A stretch of 64,000 nucleotides of DNA from an uncultured bacterium (lineage in GTDB: Bacteria; Oederibacteriota; JAAXVQ01; JAUVAV01). Of this stretch, positions 17,492 to 27,573 are shown piece by piece (the stretch's first letter is position 1; every line of letters starts with the position of its first letter). The notes under the pieces are model-generated. The model ran no database searches, had not been told where the DNA came from, and saw nothing but the letters and a program-made list of their open reading frames with translations. Where the stretch lies: positions 512,001 to 576,000 of the forward strand of contig CAVQBK010000003.1 of assembly GCA_963710755.1 (NCBI GenBank), in the 5' to 3' direction. The translations under genes and the position numbers were made by a program.

Positions 17492-18265
17492 ATGGAAGCA
17501 TTTTTAGGCTGGTGGCAAGTGTTTATTCTCGGCATGGGCCGGGTGGGCGGCCTGGTGGCGTTGGCGCCGGTCATCGGCGGCCGCACCATGCCCATGATCA
17601 TCAAAGTCCTGGTCACGCTGATTCTGACGTTGTTTTGCATAAGTGTAGTAAAGCTGCACGCGCCTGCGCTCGATTTGGCTCCGGGCTGGATGGCGGTGTT
17701 GATCATCAAGGAGATGGTGATCGGCCTGATCATGGGCTTCACGGTGACCGTGGTGATTGCCGGCTGCCAGGCTGCCGGAGAATTCATGGGTTTTCAAATG
17801 ATGTTCACCGCGGCCTCCACATTCATGGCCTATACAGAGGAACAAAGCACGGTCATCAGCAATTATTTTTACATCCTGGCGGTGCTTATATTCGTTTCCC
17901 TGGACGGCCAGCATTGGCTGATCCAAGGGCTGGTGAAGAGTTTTGAAGTGGTGCCCGTCTACGGCCTGCCGGCGCACTTGGGGCCTATGCAGGCGTGGGT
18001 GCGATTCTTTGGCAATATCTTTGAAGTGGGATTGCATCTGGCCCTGCCACTCATGGGAACCCTACTGGTCACCAATTTGATGCTGGGCATGATTGCACGC
18101 ACCATGCCCCAGCTCAATGTTTTTGTGGTAGGTCTGCCGGTACAGATCCTGGCCGGCATTCTGCTCATGATCGTGATGATCAGCGGCCTGACCTTGGCGG
18201 AGAGCACCATCTTCAAGCAGTGGAGCCGGGAATTGCTGGCCCTGATCCATTCCCTGGGCAGGTAG
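17492..18265 (+). CDS. fliR: Flagellar export gate protein FliR
   Basis: AGEFMGFQM, DGQHWLI, RTMPQLNVFVVGLP motifs; GAGGTG SD before ATG 17492. Confidence 0.93.
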   Translation: MEAFLGWWQVFILGMGRVGGLVALAPVIGGRTMPMIIKVLVTLILTLFCISVVKLHAPALDLAPGWMAVLIIKEMVIGLIMGFTVTVVIAGCQAAGEFMGFQMMFTAASTFMAYTEEQSTVISNYFYILAVLIFVSLDGQHWLIQGLVKSFEVVPVYGLPAHLGPMQAWVRFFGNIFEVGLHLALPLMGTLLVTNLMLGMIARTMPQLNVFVVGLPVQILAGILLMIVMISGLTLAESTIFKQWSRELLALIHSLGR

Positions 18266-18349
18266 GAGCTTGAGCAACTGAATGTCGAAGCTCCCGAGCA
18301 ATTGAGATTCGAAAAAAAGGACGGGTTCGAGCGGAGCAAAAGGTAACTA

Positions 18350-18516
18350 GTTCTTGTTGCGGAAAGGACATTTTCATATCCCCTCTCCCCCGAATTTGGG
18401 GGCGAGGGTGAGGGGGTAAAAGCCTTTGATTCTAAAGATAATCCCTCACCTTACCTCTCCCAAGAGGAGAGGGGTTTTTTATTAAGATCGAAAAAATCTG
18501 TTTCCGCAACAAGAAC
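18350..18516. mobile_element. 167-bp non-autonomous MITE between fliR and flhB
   Basis: Perfect 16-bp terminal inverted repeats GTTCTTGTTGCGGAAA / TTTCCGCAACAAGAAC flanked by direct repeat TAACTA (18344-18349 and 18517-18522); no ORF. Confidence 0.8.
18380..18480. repeat. Inverted pair of CCCTCTCCC..GGGAGAGGG-type REP-like palindromes inside the MITE
   Basis: ccctctcccccgaatttgggggcgagggtgaggggg (18380-18417) and ccctcaccttacctctcccaagaggagagggg (18443-18474), followed by T6. Confidence 0.6.
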
Positions 18517-18631
18517 TAACTATTGCTGGCATAGGTTCCCGGCATAGATCAAGTTTATCTGTGAGGGCGTAAAGATTTGAGCCCCCACAGTAAGTAAATT
18601 CCGGCTTGGCCGGAATGGCAAGGTGAAAACG

Positions 18632-19699
18632 ATGGCAGAAGCAAACAGAACCGAAGCCGCAACGCCTAAAAAGAAGCGTGAGGCGCGCGACAAGGGAGAA
18701 GTGGCCAGGAGCATTGAGATCAGTGCTGCCGTGAATATGCTGGTGGGGTTGACCGTGGTCTGCCTCTTTGCCGGCCATGTGCTGGCTCAGACCAAGGAGT
18801 TGATCAGTTTTACCTTTGCCCAATTCTCGGCCACGCCCTTGTCCATGGTAAATCTGAGCGAGCTGATGCGCTTTGCCTTGATCAAAATAATAATCATGGC
18901 TGCGCCCATGCTCTTTTTTATCATTTTGGCCATTGTACTGGCCAATTATCTGCAGATTGGTTTCCAGATTGCACCTCAGGCCATCACGCCTAAATTATCC
19001 AATCTCAATCCGCTTAACGGGGTAAAGCGCCTTTTCAATGCCCGCGCCCTGATGGAACTGTTGAAAGCCACCATCAAGGTCTTTTTCGTCATTACCATTG
19101 TATGGGCCATCGTTAAAAGTCATTTGCCGGCCATGGTGCTCATGCTCTCCGGGCCGCTGCCCGCGGTGTTGCAAAGCGTAGGGCAAATGCTCTGGGCCGT
19201 CATTTGGCAACTGGGTTTGTTCTTTCTGTTAGTGGGTGTGCTTGATTATTTCTGGCAACGCTATGAGTTTTTCAAACGTCTGCGCATGACCAAACAGGAA
19301 GTGCGCGATGAGTACAAACAGCAGGAAGGGGACATGCAGATCAAATCGCGGCGTCGGTCGAAACACCGCAAAATGGTGATGACCCGCATTGCCGCAGAAG
19401 TGGCCCGGGCTGATGTGGTCACCACCAACCCCACCCACTATGCCGTGGCCCTGCGCTATGATCAGAACAGTATGCGCGCCCCCAAGGTGGTGGCCAAAGG
19501 TGAAAATCACTGGGCCAAAATCATCCGCCGTCTGGCCATCAAACATCAGGTGCCGGTGATTGAGAACAAAGCGGTGACCAGAGCTATTTACAAACATGTG
19601 GAAGTGGGACGGGAAATCCCGCCCATGCTTTACAAAGCGGTGGCGGAAATTCTGGCGGCCCTGTACAAACTCCGGGCTGGAAAGGGGATGCGTCCATGA
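18632..19699 (+). CDS. flhB: Flagellar export substrate-specificity protein FlhB
   Basis: TEAATPKK...GEVARS, MTKQEVRDEYKQQEGD, NPTH autocleavage motif. Confidence 0.97.
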   Translation: MAEANRTEAATPKKKREARDKGEVARSIEISAAVNMLVGLTVVCLFAGHVLAQTKELISFTFAQFSATPLSMVNLSELMRFALIKIIIMAAPMLFFIILAIVLANYLQIGFQIAPQAITPKLSNLNPLNGVKRLFNARALMELLKATIKVFFVITIVWAIVKSHLPAMVLMLSGPLPAVLQSVGQMLWAVIWQLGLFFLLVGVLDYFWQRYEFFKRLRMTKQEVRDEYKQQEGDMQIKSRRRSKHRKMVMTRIAAEVARADVVTTNPTHYAVALRYDQNSMRAPKVVAKGENHWAKIIRRLAIKHQVPVIENKAVTRAIYKHVEVGREIPPMLYKAVAEILAALYKLRAGKGMRP

Positions 19700-21759
19700 G
19701 CACTCCGCGTGTCAGTCTCTCCGGGAAAATAGGGGAAATGAGTGTGGTGGTGGGGATCATCGTTTTGCTGATGATCATGGTGATTCCCCTGCCCAGTGCT
19801 TTTTTAAGTTTTCTGATTGTTATTAATCTCTGCATTGCCCTGGTCATTCTCATGCTCTCCATTTATATCAACAAGCCCCTGGAGTTTTCTTCCTTTCCCT
19901 CGGTGCTGCTTATCATGACCCTTTTTGACCTGGGTCTGCACATCTCGGCCACCCGCCTGATCCTGACCACAGCCAACGCTGGCGCCGTCATCCGCGGTTT
20001 TGGAGAAGTGATGACCGGCGGCAACGCCGGGGTGGGACTGGTGCTGTTCGTCATCATCACCATCGTGCAATTTATCGTGATCACCAAGGGCGCGGAACGT
20101 ATCTCGGAAGTCACGGCCCGCTTTACTCTGGATGCCATGCCGGGCAAGCAAATGTCCATTGACGCCGACCTGAATGCAGGCATCATCACCAATGAGGAGG
20201 CTAAGTCCCGGCGTGCTGAAATCACCGATGAATCCAATTTCTACGGTGCCATGGACGGGGCCAGTAAATTTGTCAAAGGCAATGTGATCGCGGGCTTCAT
20301 CATTATTCTTATCAATATTGTAGGCGGAATTCTGATCGGGTTTATCAATCAGCAAATGGATTGGCTGGATATCTTCCGGACCTACACGCTACTGACCATC
20401 GGTGAAGGTCTGGTCATCATTATCCCTTCCTTTTTGACCGCTGTGGCCGCAGCCATCATCATTACCCGGGCAGCCTCGCGGTCCAACCTGGGCACGGCTT
20501 CCATTAAGGAAATGCTGGCCCGGCCCAAGGCGCTGAAGGTGGTGGCTGTGGTGACCTTTATTTTCGGCTGTGCCGGCCTGTTCACCGCCCTGCCGGTCAT
20601 GCCTTTCTGGATCATGTCCGCATTGCTGGTACTGGCCACTATGGCGGCCGAGAAAAGCGAAAAGCAGCAACAGGAAATCGCCGTTAAGACCAAGGAAACC
20701 GAGGAAGAACCGGCGGAGATGGTGGCGCCCTTTCTGCTGGTGCCTCCCATTGAATTGGAGCTGGGCTACGGCCTGCTGGGCATGGTGGACTCGGAACGGC
20801 GGGGCAGCCTGCTGAGCCGCATCAAGATGGTGCGCCAAAATCTGGCTGTGGAACTGGGCATTGTGGTGCCGCCCATCCGGGTTAAGGACAATATCAAGCT
20901 GCCGCAGAATGCCTATACCATCAAGATCAAAGGTGTGGAGAAGACCAGCTATGAAATCTATCCCGGCCACTTTCTGGCCATGAATACCAATAACCAAAAA
21001 GAAAACTTGCCCGGTATCCGCACCAAGGAACCCACCTTCGGTCTGGAGGCCACCTGGCTGGCGGAGAACTGGAAGGACAAAGCCGAGGCCATGGGTTTTA
21101 CGGTGGTGGATGCGGCTACCGTACTCATCACCAATCTGATGGAAGTGCTGCGCGCCAATGCCCATGAAATCCTGGGCCGCCAGGAAGTGCAGGTGCTCAT
21201 TGACCACCTGCGGCCCAGCTATCCTGCGGTGGTGGAGGAATTGCTGCCCCATCTGCTGACCCTGGGGGAGGTGCAGCAGGTGCTTAAAAAATTATTGCAG
21301 GAAAGGGTGCCCATTCGTGACATGGTGACCATCCTGGAAAGCTTGTCCAACGCCGCCCGCCATAACAAGGACCTGGACACACTGGCCGAGCACGTCCGCC
21401 TTTCCCTGGGCAGTGCCATCTGTCAGCAATTTCAGACCAGCAAAAATCTGCTCTCTGTGATTACCATGGATCCTGGCGTGGAACGTCTCATCGCCGACTC
21501 GGTGCAGACCACCACCTATGGTTATACCTATAGTGTGGAACCCAATATACTCCAGAAAATTTACGGCCAGGTAACCAAGATGGTGGAAAAATTCCTGCCC
21601 CATGCCAAACATCCGGTGATTCTCTGTTCCCCGCAGGTGCGGGTGCATTTGAAAAAATTAACGGAGCGGGTCTTCCCGCACCTGGTGGTGATTTCTTACA
21701 ACGAAGTGCCCCAGCAATTCCGGGTGCAGTCTCTGGGCATGGTGGAAATGCCGGTGTAG
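19696..21759 (+). CDS. flhA: Flagellar export protein FlhA
   Basis: ARFTLDAMPGKQMSIDADLNAG and FYGAMDGASKFVKG motifs. Confidence 0.98.
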   Translation: MSTPRVSLSGKIGEMSVVVGIIVLLMIMVIPLPSAFLSFLIVINLCIALVILMLSIYINKPLEFSSFPSVLLIMTLFDLGLHISATRLILTTANAGAVIRGFGEVMTGGNAGVGLVLFVIITIVQFIVITKGAERISEVTARFTLDAMPGKQMSIDADLNAGIITNEEAKSRRAEITDESNFYGAMDGASKFVKGNVIAGFIIILINIVGGILIGFINQQMDWLDIFRTYTLLTIGEGLVIIIPSFLTAVAAAIIITRAASRSNLGTASIKEMLARPKALKVVAVVTFIFGCAGLFTALPVMPFWIMSALLVLATMAAEKSEKQQQEIAVKTKETEEEPAEMVAPFLLVPPIELELGYGLLGMVDSERRGSLLSRIKMVRQNLAVELGIVVPPIRVKDNIKLPQNAYTIKIKGVEKTSYEIYPGHFLAMNTNNQKENLPGIRTKEPTFGLEATWLAENWKDKAEAMGFTVVDAATVLITNLMEVLRANAHEILGRQEVQVLIDHLRPSYPAVVEELLPHLLTLGEVQQVLKKLLQERVPIRDMVTILESLSNAARHNKDLDTLAEHVRLSLGSAICQQFQTSKNLLSVITMDPGVERLIADSVQTTTYGYTYSVEPNILQKIYGQVTKMVEKFLPHAKHPVILCSPQVRVHLKKLTERVFPHLVVISYNEVPQQFRVQSLGMVEMPV

Positions 21760-21791
21760 GTTAAAACAGAAACGAACAAGGGTGTGATGAT

Positions 21792-23246
21792 ATGGAACAA
21801 CGGCAAAGATTTAAAGTGGTGGCCATAGATGATGAACCGGAAATTTGCTGGCTGATCACACGTATTCTGGAAGAAGCAGGCTACGAAGCCTATATGGCTG
21901 ACAACGGTCCGGACGGGCTGGCCCTGATCAAGCAACATCAGCCGGACCTGGTGCTGCTCGATCTGCGTCTGCCCGGTATGGACGGCCTGGAGATTTTGCG
22001 GCGCCTGCGCGAATTTGACAAGGACCTGATGGTGATTATTCTCTCCGCCTTCGAGAGCTTCGAGGCAGCCGTGCAGGCTATGAAATTGGGATCCTATGAT
22101 TTTTTGACCAAACCCATTAATGTGGAAGAAATGAAAATTACCATGAAAAACGCCTTGCAAACCAAACAACTGGTCAAAGAAGTCAAAGACCTTAAACGGC
22201 AGGTCAAGGAAAGTAAAAGAGCCAGCACCATTGTAGGGCATTGCCCGGCCATGCAGGAACTGGACCGTCAGATTGAACTGGCCAGTGCCCATAATATCTC
22301 TGTGTTGATTCTGGGGGAGAGCGGCACCGGCAAGGAGCTTTTGGCCCGGGCCGTGCACTACCACAGCCAGCGTAAGCAGGAACCTTTTATCTGCATCGAC
22401 TGTTCCACCATCCCCGAGAATTTAATCGAGAGTGAGCTCTTTGGTCATGAACGGGGCGCGTTTACGGGCGCCACAGAGCGTAAGATCGGGCGCCTGGAGC
22501 TGGCACACAAAGGCACGCTTTTTCTGGACGAAATAGGTAATATGCCCATGACCATGCAGATGAAGCTGCTAAGAGTCATTCAGGAACGCACGATTACCCG
22601 TTTGGGCGGAAAGGAATCCATTCCTATTGATATCCGGCTGATCACAGCGACCAACCAGGATCTGCGCCAAAGCATACAGGACGCCGGCTTCCGCCAGGAT
22701 CTTTATTACCGGCTCAATGAATTTCCCATCTGCCTGCCGCCCTTGCGAGAGCGGGGGGAGGACATTCATGTGCTGGCCAAATATTTTCTGGATAAATTCA
22801 ACCACGAGTTTTCCAAGCATCTCTTGGGTTTCACGGCGGAGGCCAAGACCTGCTTGGAAGTCTATCCCTGGCCGGGCAATGTGCGTGAATTGCAGGGTGC
22901 GGTTAAACGGGCGGTAATTTTGGCCGGTGATTGGATTGCGCCGGAGCATCTGCCGGTGGAGATCACCAAGCACGCCAAACTGCCCAGTCATGCGTTTACG
23001 CTGGAGACCTCACTGGACGAGATTAGACCCATTAAAGAAGTCTCCCGGGAAGTGGTGGCCAAAATCGAGCGGGAACTGATCCAGCGGGCTCTGGAAAAAA
23101 CCAAAGGCAACAAGGTCAAAACCGCCCGATGCCTGGGCATTGATTATAAAACCTTGTTTAACAAATTAAGGCAGTATCACATTGAAATGGAAATGCCCAT
23201 GCGGATTGATTCCTCTTCCATGCCGCAATGGCACAGCCTATCCTGA
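21792..23246 (+). CDS. Sigma54-dependent response regulator (REC-AAA+-HTH; NtrC/FlgR/FleR type)
   Basis: Receiver (AIDDE, LLDLRLP, KP), Walker A GESGTGKE, intact [19 protein letters not shown], Fis-type HTH. Confidence 0.95.
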   Translation: MEQRQRFKVVAIDDEPEICWLITRILEEAGYEAYMADNGPDGLALIKQHQPDLVLLDLRLPGMDGLEILRRLREFDKDLMVIILSAFESFEAAVQAMKLGSYDFLTKPINVEEMKITMKNALQTKQLVKEVKDLKRQVKESKRASTIVGHCPAMQELDRQIELASAHNISVLILGESGTGKELLARAVHYHSQRKQEPFICIDCSTIPENLIESELFGHERGAFTGATERKIGRLELAHKGTLFLDEIGNMPMTMQMKLLRVIQERTITRLGGKESIPIDIRLITATNQDLRQSIQDAGFRQDLYYRLNEFPICLPPLRERGEDIHVLAKYFLDKFNHEFSKHLLGFTAEAKTCLEVYPWPGNVRELQGAVKRAVILAGDWIAPEHLPVEITKHAKLPSHAFTLETSLDEIRPIKEVSREVVAKIERELIQRALEKTKGNKVKTARCLGIDYKTLFNKLRQYHIEMEMPMRIDSSSMPQWHSLS

Positions 23247-23265
23247 CAAAATGGGGAGGTAAGTT

Positions 23266-23520
23266 ATGCGGCTGCTTTGGAATTTAGCCATGACGCTGAT
23301 GTTGACCTTGACCGGATTATCTATTCTTCTCGGCCTGGTATTGGGCCATGCGGTTGAGGCTATAGTGCTGCGCAGCACAGTAGTGCTGGTGGTCTCCGGT
23401 ATGGCCGTCATGGGACTGTCTCTCTGGAATATGCAGGAATATCGTCAGGCCCGAAAAATAGCCAGGCGGCTAAAAACAGCCCCCAAGGCACCTGATGCCA
23501 ATACCAGGGAGGCGGCCTGA
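23266..23520 (+). CDS. Small two-TM hypothetical protein
   Basis: Strong GGAGGT SD; two hydrophobic helices; sits between the regulator and fliA. Confidence 0.7.
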   Translation: MRLLWNLAMTLMLTLTGLSILLGLVLGHAVEAIVLRSTVVLVVSGMAVMGLSLWNMQEYRQARKIARRLKTAPKAPDANTREAA

Positions 23521-23609
23521 GCCGCGCCCTATTGAGCTAAGAAAGGCTCCTGCCGATGCTTAGGCGGCAGGGCTACCTCAAGCAAGGTTATGTAAGCGGA
23601 GGAAAAGGC

Positions 23610-24374
23610 ATGACGCCTGAAGAACGCCACGATTGGGAACAATACAAACGCCATCAGGATCCCCAGGCCCATGAACGTTTATGCCAGCGTTATCTGCAGG
23701 ACGTCAAACGTATTGTGGGGCGCATGAGCATTTATATCGGTGACAATGCCATCGATCGTGAAGATTTGGTCCATGCCGGGGTGATCGGGCTCATCAATGC
23801 CATAGAACATTTCGATCTGGGTAAGGAAACAGGGTTCCTTGAATTTGCCTTCAAACGAATCCGGGGCGCTGTGTATGACGAATTGCGCCACCTGGACGGA
23901 TTTTCCTCCCGCTCACGGCGGCAGCAACGGCACTTGGAAAAGGTCAAGGACTTGTTACAGCAGCATTTGTTCCGTGCTCCCTCGGAGGAGGAAACGGCCG
24001 AGGCCATGGGCATCAGTGTCGATAAATTACGGGCCTTGCAGAACAACCTGAAAAACGTCCGCTCCGAACCACTGACGCCCGATATGGAGGAGACTTATTG
24101 TGAGTCAGCTTTGCGGCCGCTCAAGAGCAGCCTGCCTGATGCGGACGGGCTCTCGGCTTTGGAGAAATACCGGGTGGTGGAAAATAAGATCGATCAATTG
24201 CCGGAGCGCACTAAAATTATTCTGAGTCTCTATTATGCGGAAGGGCTGACGCTGAAGGAAATTGCGCAGATCATGGAGATCACCGAATCCCGGGTTTGCC
24301 AGATTCATGCCAATGCCATCGAACTGCTCCATGATCAATTGGATCAAATTAATTCGGTGTTTTTAAGACGGTAG
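23610..24374 (+). CDS. fliA: Flagellar sigma factor FliA/WhiG (sigma28)
   Basis: EDLVHAGVIGL, RIRGAVYDELR, YAEGLTLKEIAQIMEITESRVCQIH motifs; GGAGG SD before ATG 23610. Confidence 0.95.
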   Translation: MTPEERHDWEQYKRHQDPQAHERLCQRYLQDVKRIVGRMSIYIGDNAIDREDLVHAGVIGLINAIEHFDLGKETGFLEFAFKRIRGAVYDELRHLDGFSSRSRRQQRHLEKVKDLLQQHLFRAPSEEETAEAMGISVDKLRALQNNLKNVRSEPLTPDMEETYCESALRPLKSSLPDADGLSALEKYRVVENKIDQLPERTKIILSLYYAEGLTLKEIAQIMEITESRVCQIHANAIELLHDQLDQINSVFLRR

Positions 24375-24426
24375 GGCCGGCCAAACCGGATGATGGGCAA
24401 CAGCCGCCCACCAGGAAAGGAGCGCC

Positions 24427-24741
24427 ATGGTAGAACCGCTCGACGCGCAGAATATGCTCTCGCGCACGCCCCTGGTTGAAAAAACCGTGGCCGCCCAGCA
24501 GGAAAACGCGTCACAGCTGCAGGCCCAGGCCGCCCAGTTTAAAAAGGAGCGGCTCCATGAAGGGGAACACATCCATCGCGAAGGGGAAGCAGACCGTACC
24601 GAGGATCCTCCCAAAAAGGAAGGCCAAGCTCCCCAGGATCAGGATCCACATCAGGCCCAGGGCGGGGCCAAGGAACAGTCCGTGGAATGGGTGGAAGAAA
24701 GCGCCGATGAACCGGCGCATAACCTGGACATCACCATTTAA
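24427..24741 (+). CDS. Hypothetical hydrophilic protein downstream of fliA
   Basis: AAGGAG SD; PLDAQ N-terminus and LDITI C-terminus; fills the operon gap. Confidence 0.65.
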   Translation: MVEPLDAQNMLSRTPLVEKTVAAQQENASQLQAQAAQFKKERLHEGEHIHREGEADRTEDPPKKEGQAPQDQDPHQAQGGAKEQSVEWVEESADEPAHNLDITI

Positions 24742-24763
24742 GGTTGGGGGAAAGGATAACCGG

Positions 24764-25483
24764 ATGACGGAATCAGGACGGAATCATTGGCATCGGGTGC
24801 TGACCGTGGCGGACATGATCCAGCCGGCGGAGTACCTTATTCTTACCCTTCCCGATGAGCAACTGCCCATGAAATTTCATCCCCAGGTTATAAGCATTGA
24901 CGGCGACCAACTGGGCCTCAAGCTTCCTTTTCGCTGGTGGCAGTTTTTTGAGTTCACACCGGGGATGACCGTACGGCTGAGCTTGCTCCACCCGGACGGC
25001 GTGTTTTTTATTACGGGACTAATAAAACAAGTCAATTTCAACAAACAGCCCAATTTGTTGGTAGCTCATGACAATGCCATCAAGCGCGATCAGCGCCGCT
25101 TTTTTTACCGGGTCAATGTGGATCAGGAAATCGTGATCAAAGAGTTGGTTTTTCCTGAAGGTCAGCGGATTATGAATTGCCCCGCCCGGATCAGCGATAT
25201 CAGCGCCGGTGGCCTGGGGTTGACGGTGGAAATCTTTCTGCCGCCAGGAACGGTGCTGACCCTTAAAGATTTGCTGGTACTTTTATTGGAAGAACCAATG
25301 CCCCGGGAGGACTGCCAGTTGCAGGTGGTCTGGTGCCGAAAAAGCAAGCGCCAAACCTACCGTATCGGCGCCTGCTTCAACTATGCCGATGTCAGGGCTC
25401 AGGACGAGATGGTGAAGATGATCAACCAGGTGCAGCGCCTTAAATTAATTAAATATCCGCAAGTACGCGGGGCCAGAAAATGA
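24764..25483 (+). CDS. PilZ-domain flagellar brake protein (YcgR/MotI-like)
   Basis: QRRFFYR (RxxxR) and DISAGG c-di-GMP motifs after an N-terminal PilZN-like domain. Confidence 0.88.
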   Translation: MTESGRNHWHRVLTVADMIQPAEYLILTLPDEQLPMKFHPQVISIDGDQLGLKLPFRWWQFFEFTPGMTVRLSLLHPDGVFFITGLIKQVNFNKQPNLLVAHDNAIKRDQRRFFYRVNVDQEIVIKELVFPEGQRIMNCPARISDISAGGLGLTVEIFLPPGTVLTLKDLLVLLLEEPMPREDCQLQVVWCRKSKRQTYRIGACFNYADVRAQDEMVKMINQVQRLKLIKYPQVRGARK

Positions 25484-25498
25484 CATTTCACCAAAACT

Positions 25499-25525
25499 TA
25501 ACTTCATTATTGCTGGCGCCGATAC
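25499..25525 (+). promoter_or_regulatory. Putative sigma28 (FliA) promoter for HDOD-kinase genes
   Basis: TAAC-N15-GCCGATAC versus consensus TAAA-N15-GCCGATAA. Confidence 0.6.
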
Positions 25526-25576
25526 TTTTACAGCACAGGATAAACACGCCATTCCCACAAGTAAGTGAGGTAGCTC

Positions 25577-26431
25577 ATGCCGTCGGCCAAAATAGATCTT
25601 GAGGCGTTAAATCAAAGACTGCAACATGTATTCCCTATGCCTCAAATACTCTCCAAAATTATGAAAACCATCAATGACCCCAATGCCAGCGCCGCCTCCA
25701 TTGAGCAAGTGTTTAAATATGAACCGAGTTTTACCCTGAAAATTCTGAGCCTGGCCAACTCGGCCTATTATGGCTCTCCCGGCAAGATTACCAACATCCG
25801 GACCGCCATTACATTGCTGGGATTCAATCTGATCAAGAGCATTGCCATTCATGCCAGTGTGAATGAACTTTTTCATACCGGCGCCGGAACCAGCCTCTTT
25901 TCCGGCGTGGATTTATGGAAACATTCGGTGGGCGTGGCGGTCTGCGCCAAGATGATCGCCCGGCGCTGTCATTTGGGTAATGCTGAAGATTTTTTTACGC
26001 TGGGCATTCTCCACGATGTGGGTCTGATCATTGAATATCAGTTTTACCGCAATGAGTTTATCGCTATTCTAAAACATCTGCAGGAAGAACAGCGGCGGCT
26101 GGTGGAAGTGGAAGAAGAAGTGCTGGGGGTGAATCATACGGCGCTCACCAAAATGCTCTGTGATAAATGGTACATGCCTGAAAGCATGAGCATTGGGTTG
26201 GCCTACCATCATCATCCTCTGGAGGCACCCGAGCATTTGCAGGTTTATGCCACGGCGATCTATGTTTCCAATATTCTGGTGCATGAGAAGCAGTTTGGCT
26301 TTACCTATCCCGGCAGCGAGAAAATGGATCCGCCTGTGCTGGAGGTACTGGGTATGAACATGGTGGACTATTCGGTATTGCTGGAAGATTTTGATCAGGA
26401 AATCAATGAACTGTCGATTCTGCTGGATTGA
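25577..26431 (+). CDS. HDOD domain protein
   Basis: ILSLANSAYY, AITLLG, WKHSVGVA, GILHDVG, W.MP, YHHHP motifs. Confidence 0.92.
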   Translation: MPSAKIDLEALNQRLQHVFPMPQILSKIMKTINDPNASAASIEQVFKYEPSFTLKILSLANSAYYGSPGKITNIRTAITLLGFNLIKSIAIHASVNELFHTGAGTSLFSGVDLWKHSVGVAVCAKMIARRCHLGNAEDFFTLGILHDVGLIIEYQFYRNEFIAILKHLQEEQRRLVEVEEEVLGVNHTALTKMLCDKWYMPESMSIGLAYHHHPLEAPEHLQVYATAIYVSNILVHEKQFGFTYPGSEKMDPPVLEVLGMNMVDYSVLLEDFDQEINELSILLD

Positions 26432-26469
26432 AGCATGAGCCGGCATTATCGGGCAACGAAGGATAAGGG

Positions 26470-27495
26470 ATGATGGATAAACCCAAGGACCAATCAGTGC
26501 TCTATTTATCCAAAGAAGAAGAAGACGTCCTGGTAGCCCAGGCTGGACCGGAAATGCAGGCGGTGATTCACAAATATAAGTCCCGGGTACGTCAGCTGCG
26601 CAAGGAGATCGAAGCCCGCAAGGAAGAAAACGCTCAGATCATCAATGAGAATCTGCAGCAGAACGAGGAATTGCGCAGCATTAACCTGGTATTGGACAAA
26701 AAAATCCAGGACCGTACGGCGGATCTTGAGGCCTCCAAGTTGCAACTGGAAGCACAGAATCAGACCCTCCAGGAAGTCAATGAAACCAAGGAAGCCATGA
26801 TGCACATGATCGTGCATGACATGAAAAATCCGTTGACATCGGTCATGGGCGCCTTGATCCTGGTGCAAAAAATCAAATCCAACCTGCCCCCGGAAATGGT
26901 GGGGTTGTTGAAAGACGCACACGTGCAGTCCATTAAATTAAGAACCATGATGGATGATATCCTAACCATCAGTAAAATGAAATCCAATGAGTTTCAAGTG
27001 GAATTGATGGACGTGGATTTAATCAGCCTGGTGCAGCAGAGTGTGCTGTTGATGAATACGGTTAAAGGCGAAAAAAACGTGACCATTGAATTTCTATCGC
27101 CGCTGCAAGAGTTGGTGGTGACCATGGACTTTCAGATGGTCGAGCGGGTGATCAATAATATCATCAACAATGCTATTAAATACGCGCCTGCCGGCAGTGT
27201 CATTAAATTGAATGTCAGCCGGCAAGAAACCCACGCCTTAGTGACTATTAGCGATATGGGTGAAGGTATTCCGCCCTCCCATCACGAGAAGATATTTGAA
27301 ATGTTCACTCGGGTCAAGCCGCAAGACAAAAAAATCAGTGGCACGGGCCTGGGCTTGGCATTTTGTAAATTGGCCATTGAAGCCCATCATGGCAAAATCT
27401 GGGTAAAATCTCCTGTTGAGGGGCAGACTTGCGGCACCACGTTTCATTTTACCCTGCCGCTTTCAGCTGCCACATCCTCCACCGAAGCCAATTAG
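26470..27495 (+). CDS. Cytoplasmic histidine kinase (coiled coil + HisKA + HATPase)
   Basis: H-box VHDMKNPL, N-box NAIKYA, DMGEGI, GTGLGL; no TM segment. Confidence 0.93.
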   Translation: MMDKPKDQSVLYLSKEEEDVLVAQAGPEMQAVIHKYKSRVRQLRKEIEARKEENAQIINENLQQNEELRSINLVLDKKIQDRTADLEASKLQLEAQNQTLQEVNETKEAMMHMIVHDMKNPLTSVMGALILVQKIKSNLPPEMVGLLKDAHVQSIKLRTMMDDILTISKMKSNEFQVELMDVDLISLVQQSVLLMNTVKGEKNVTIEFLSPLQELVVTMDFQMVERVINNIINNAIKYAPAGSVIKLNVSRQETHALVTISDMGEGIPPSHHEKIFEMFTRVKPQDKKISGTGLGLAFCKLAIEAHHGKIWVKSPVEGQTCGTTFHFTLPLSAATSSTEAN

Positions 27496-27573
27496 CACTT
27501 TTAAAACCCGGGAACTGATCTTATAATACTGCTTTAGCCTCGTTGCCCGGATTCCACTCCAAAGGACACGCGT

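Noticed and set aside
18526-18545. TGGCATAGGTTCCCGGC as a sigma54 promoter for flhB
   Set aside because: GG to GC spacing is not 10 nt
20389-21252. 287-aa minus-strand ORF and similar antisense ORFs across flhA, TCA and pyr genes
   Set aside because: Lie opposite highly conserved genes; typical codon-bias shadows
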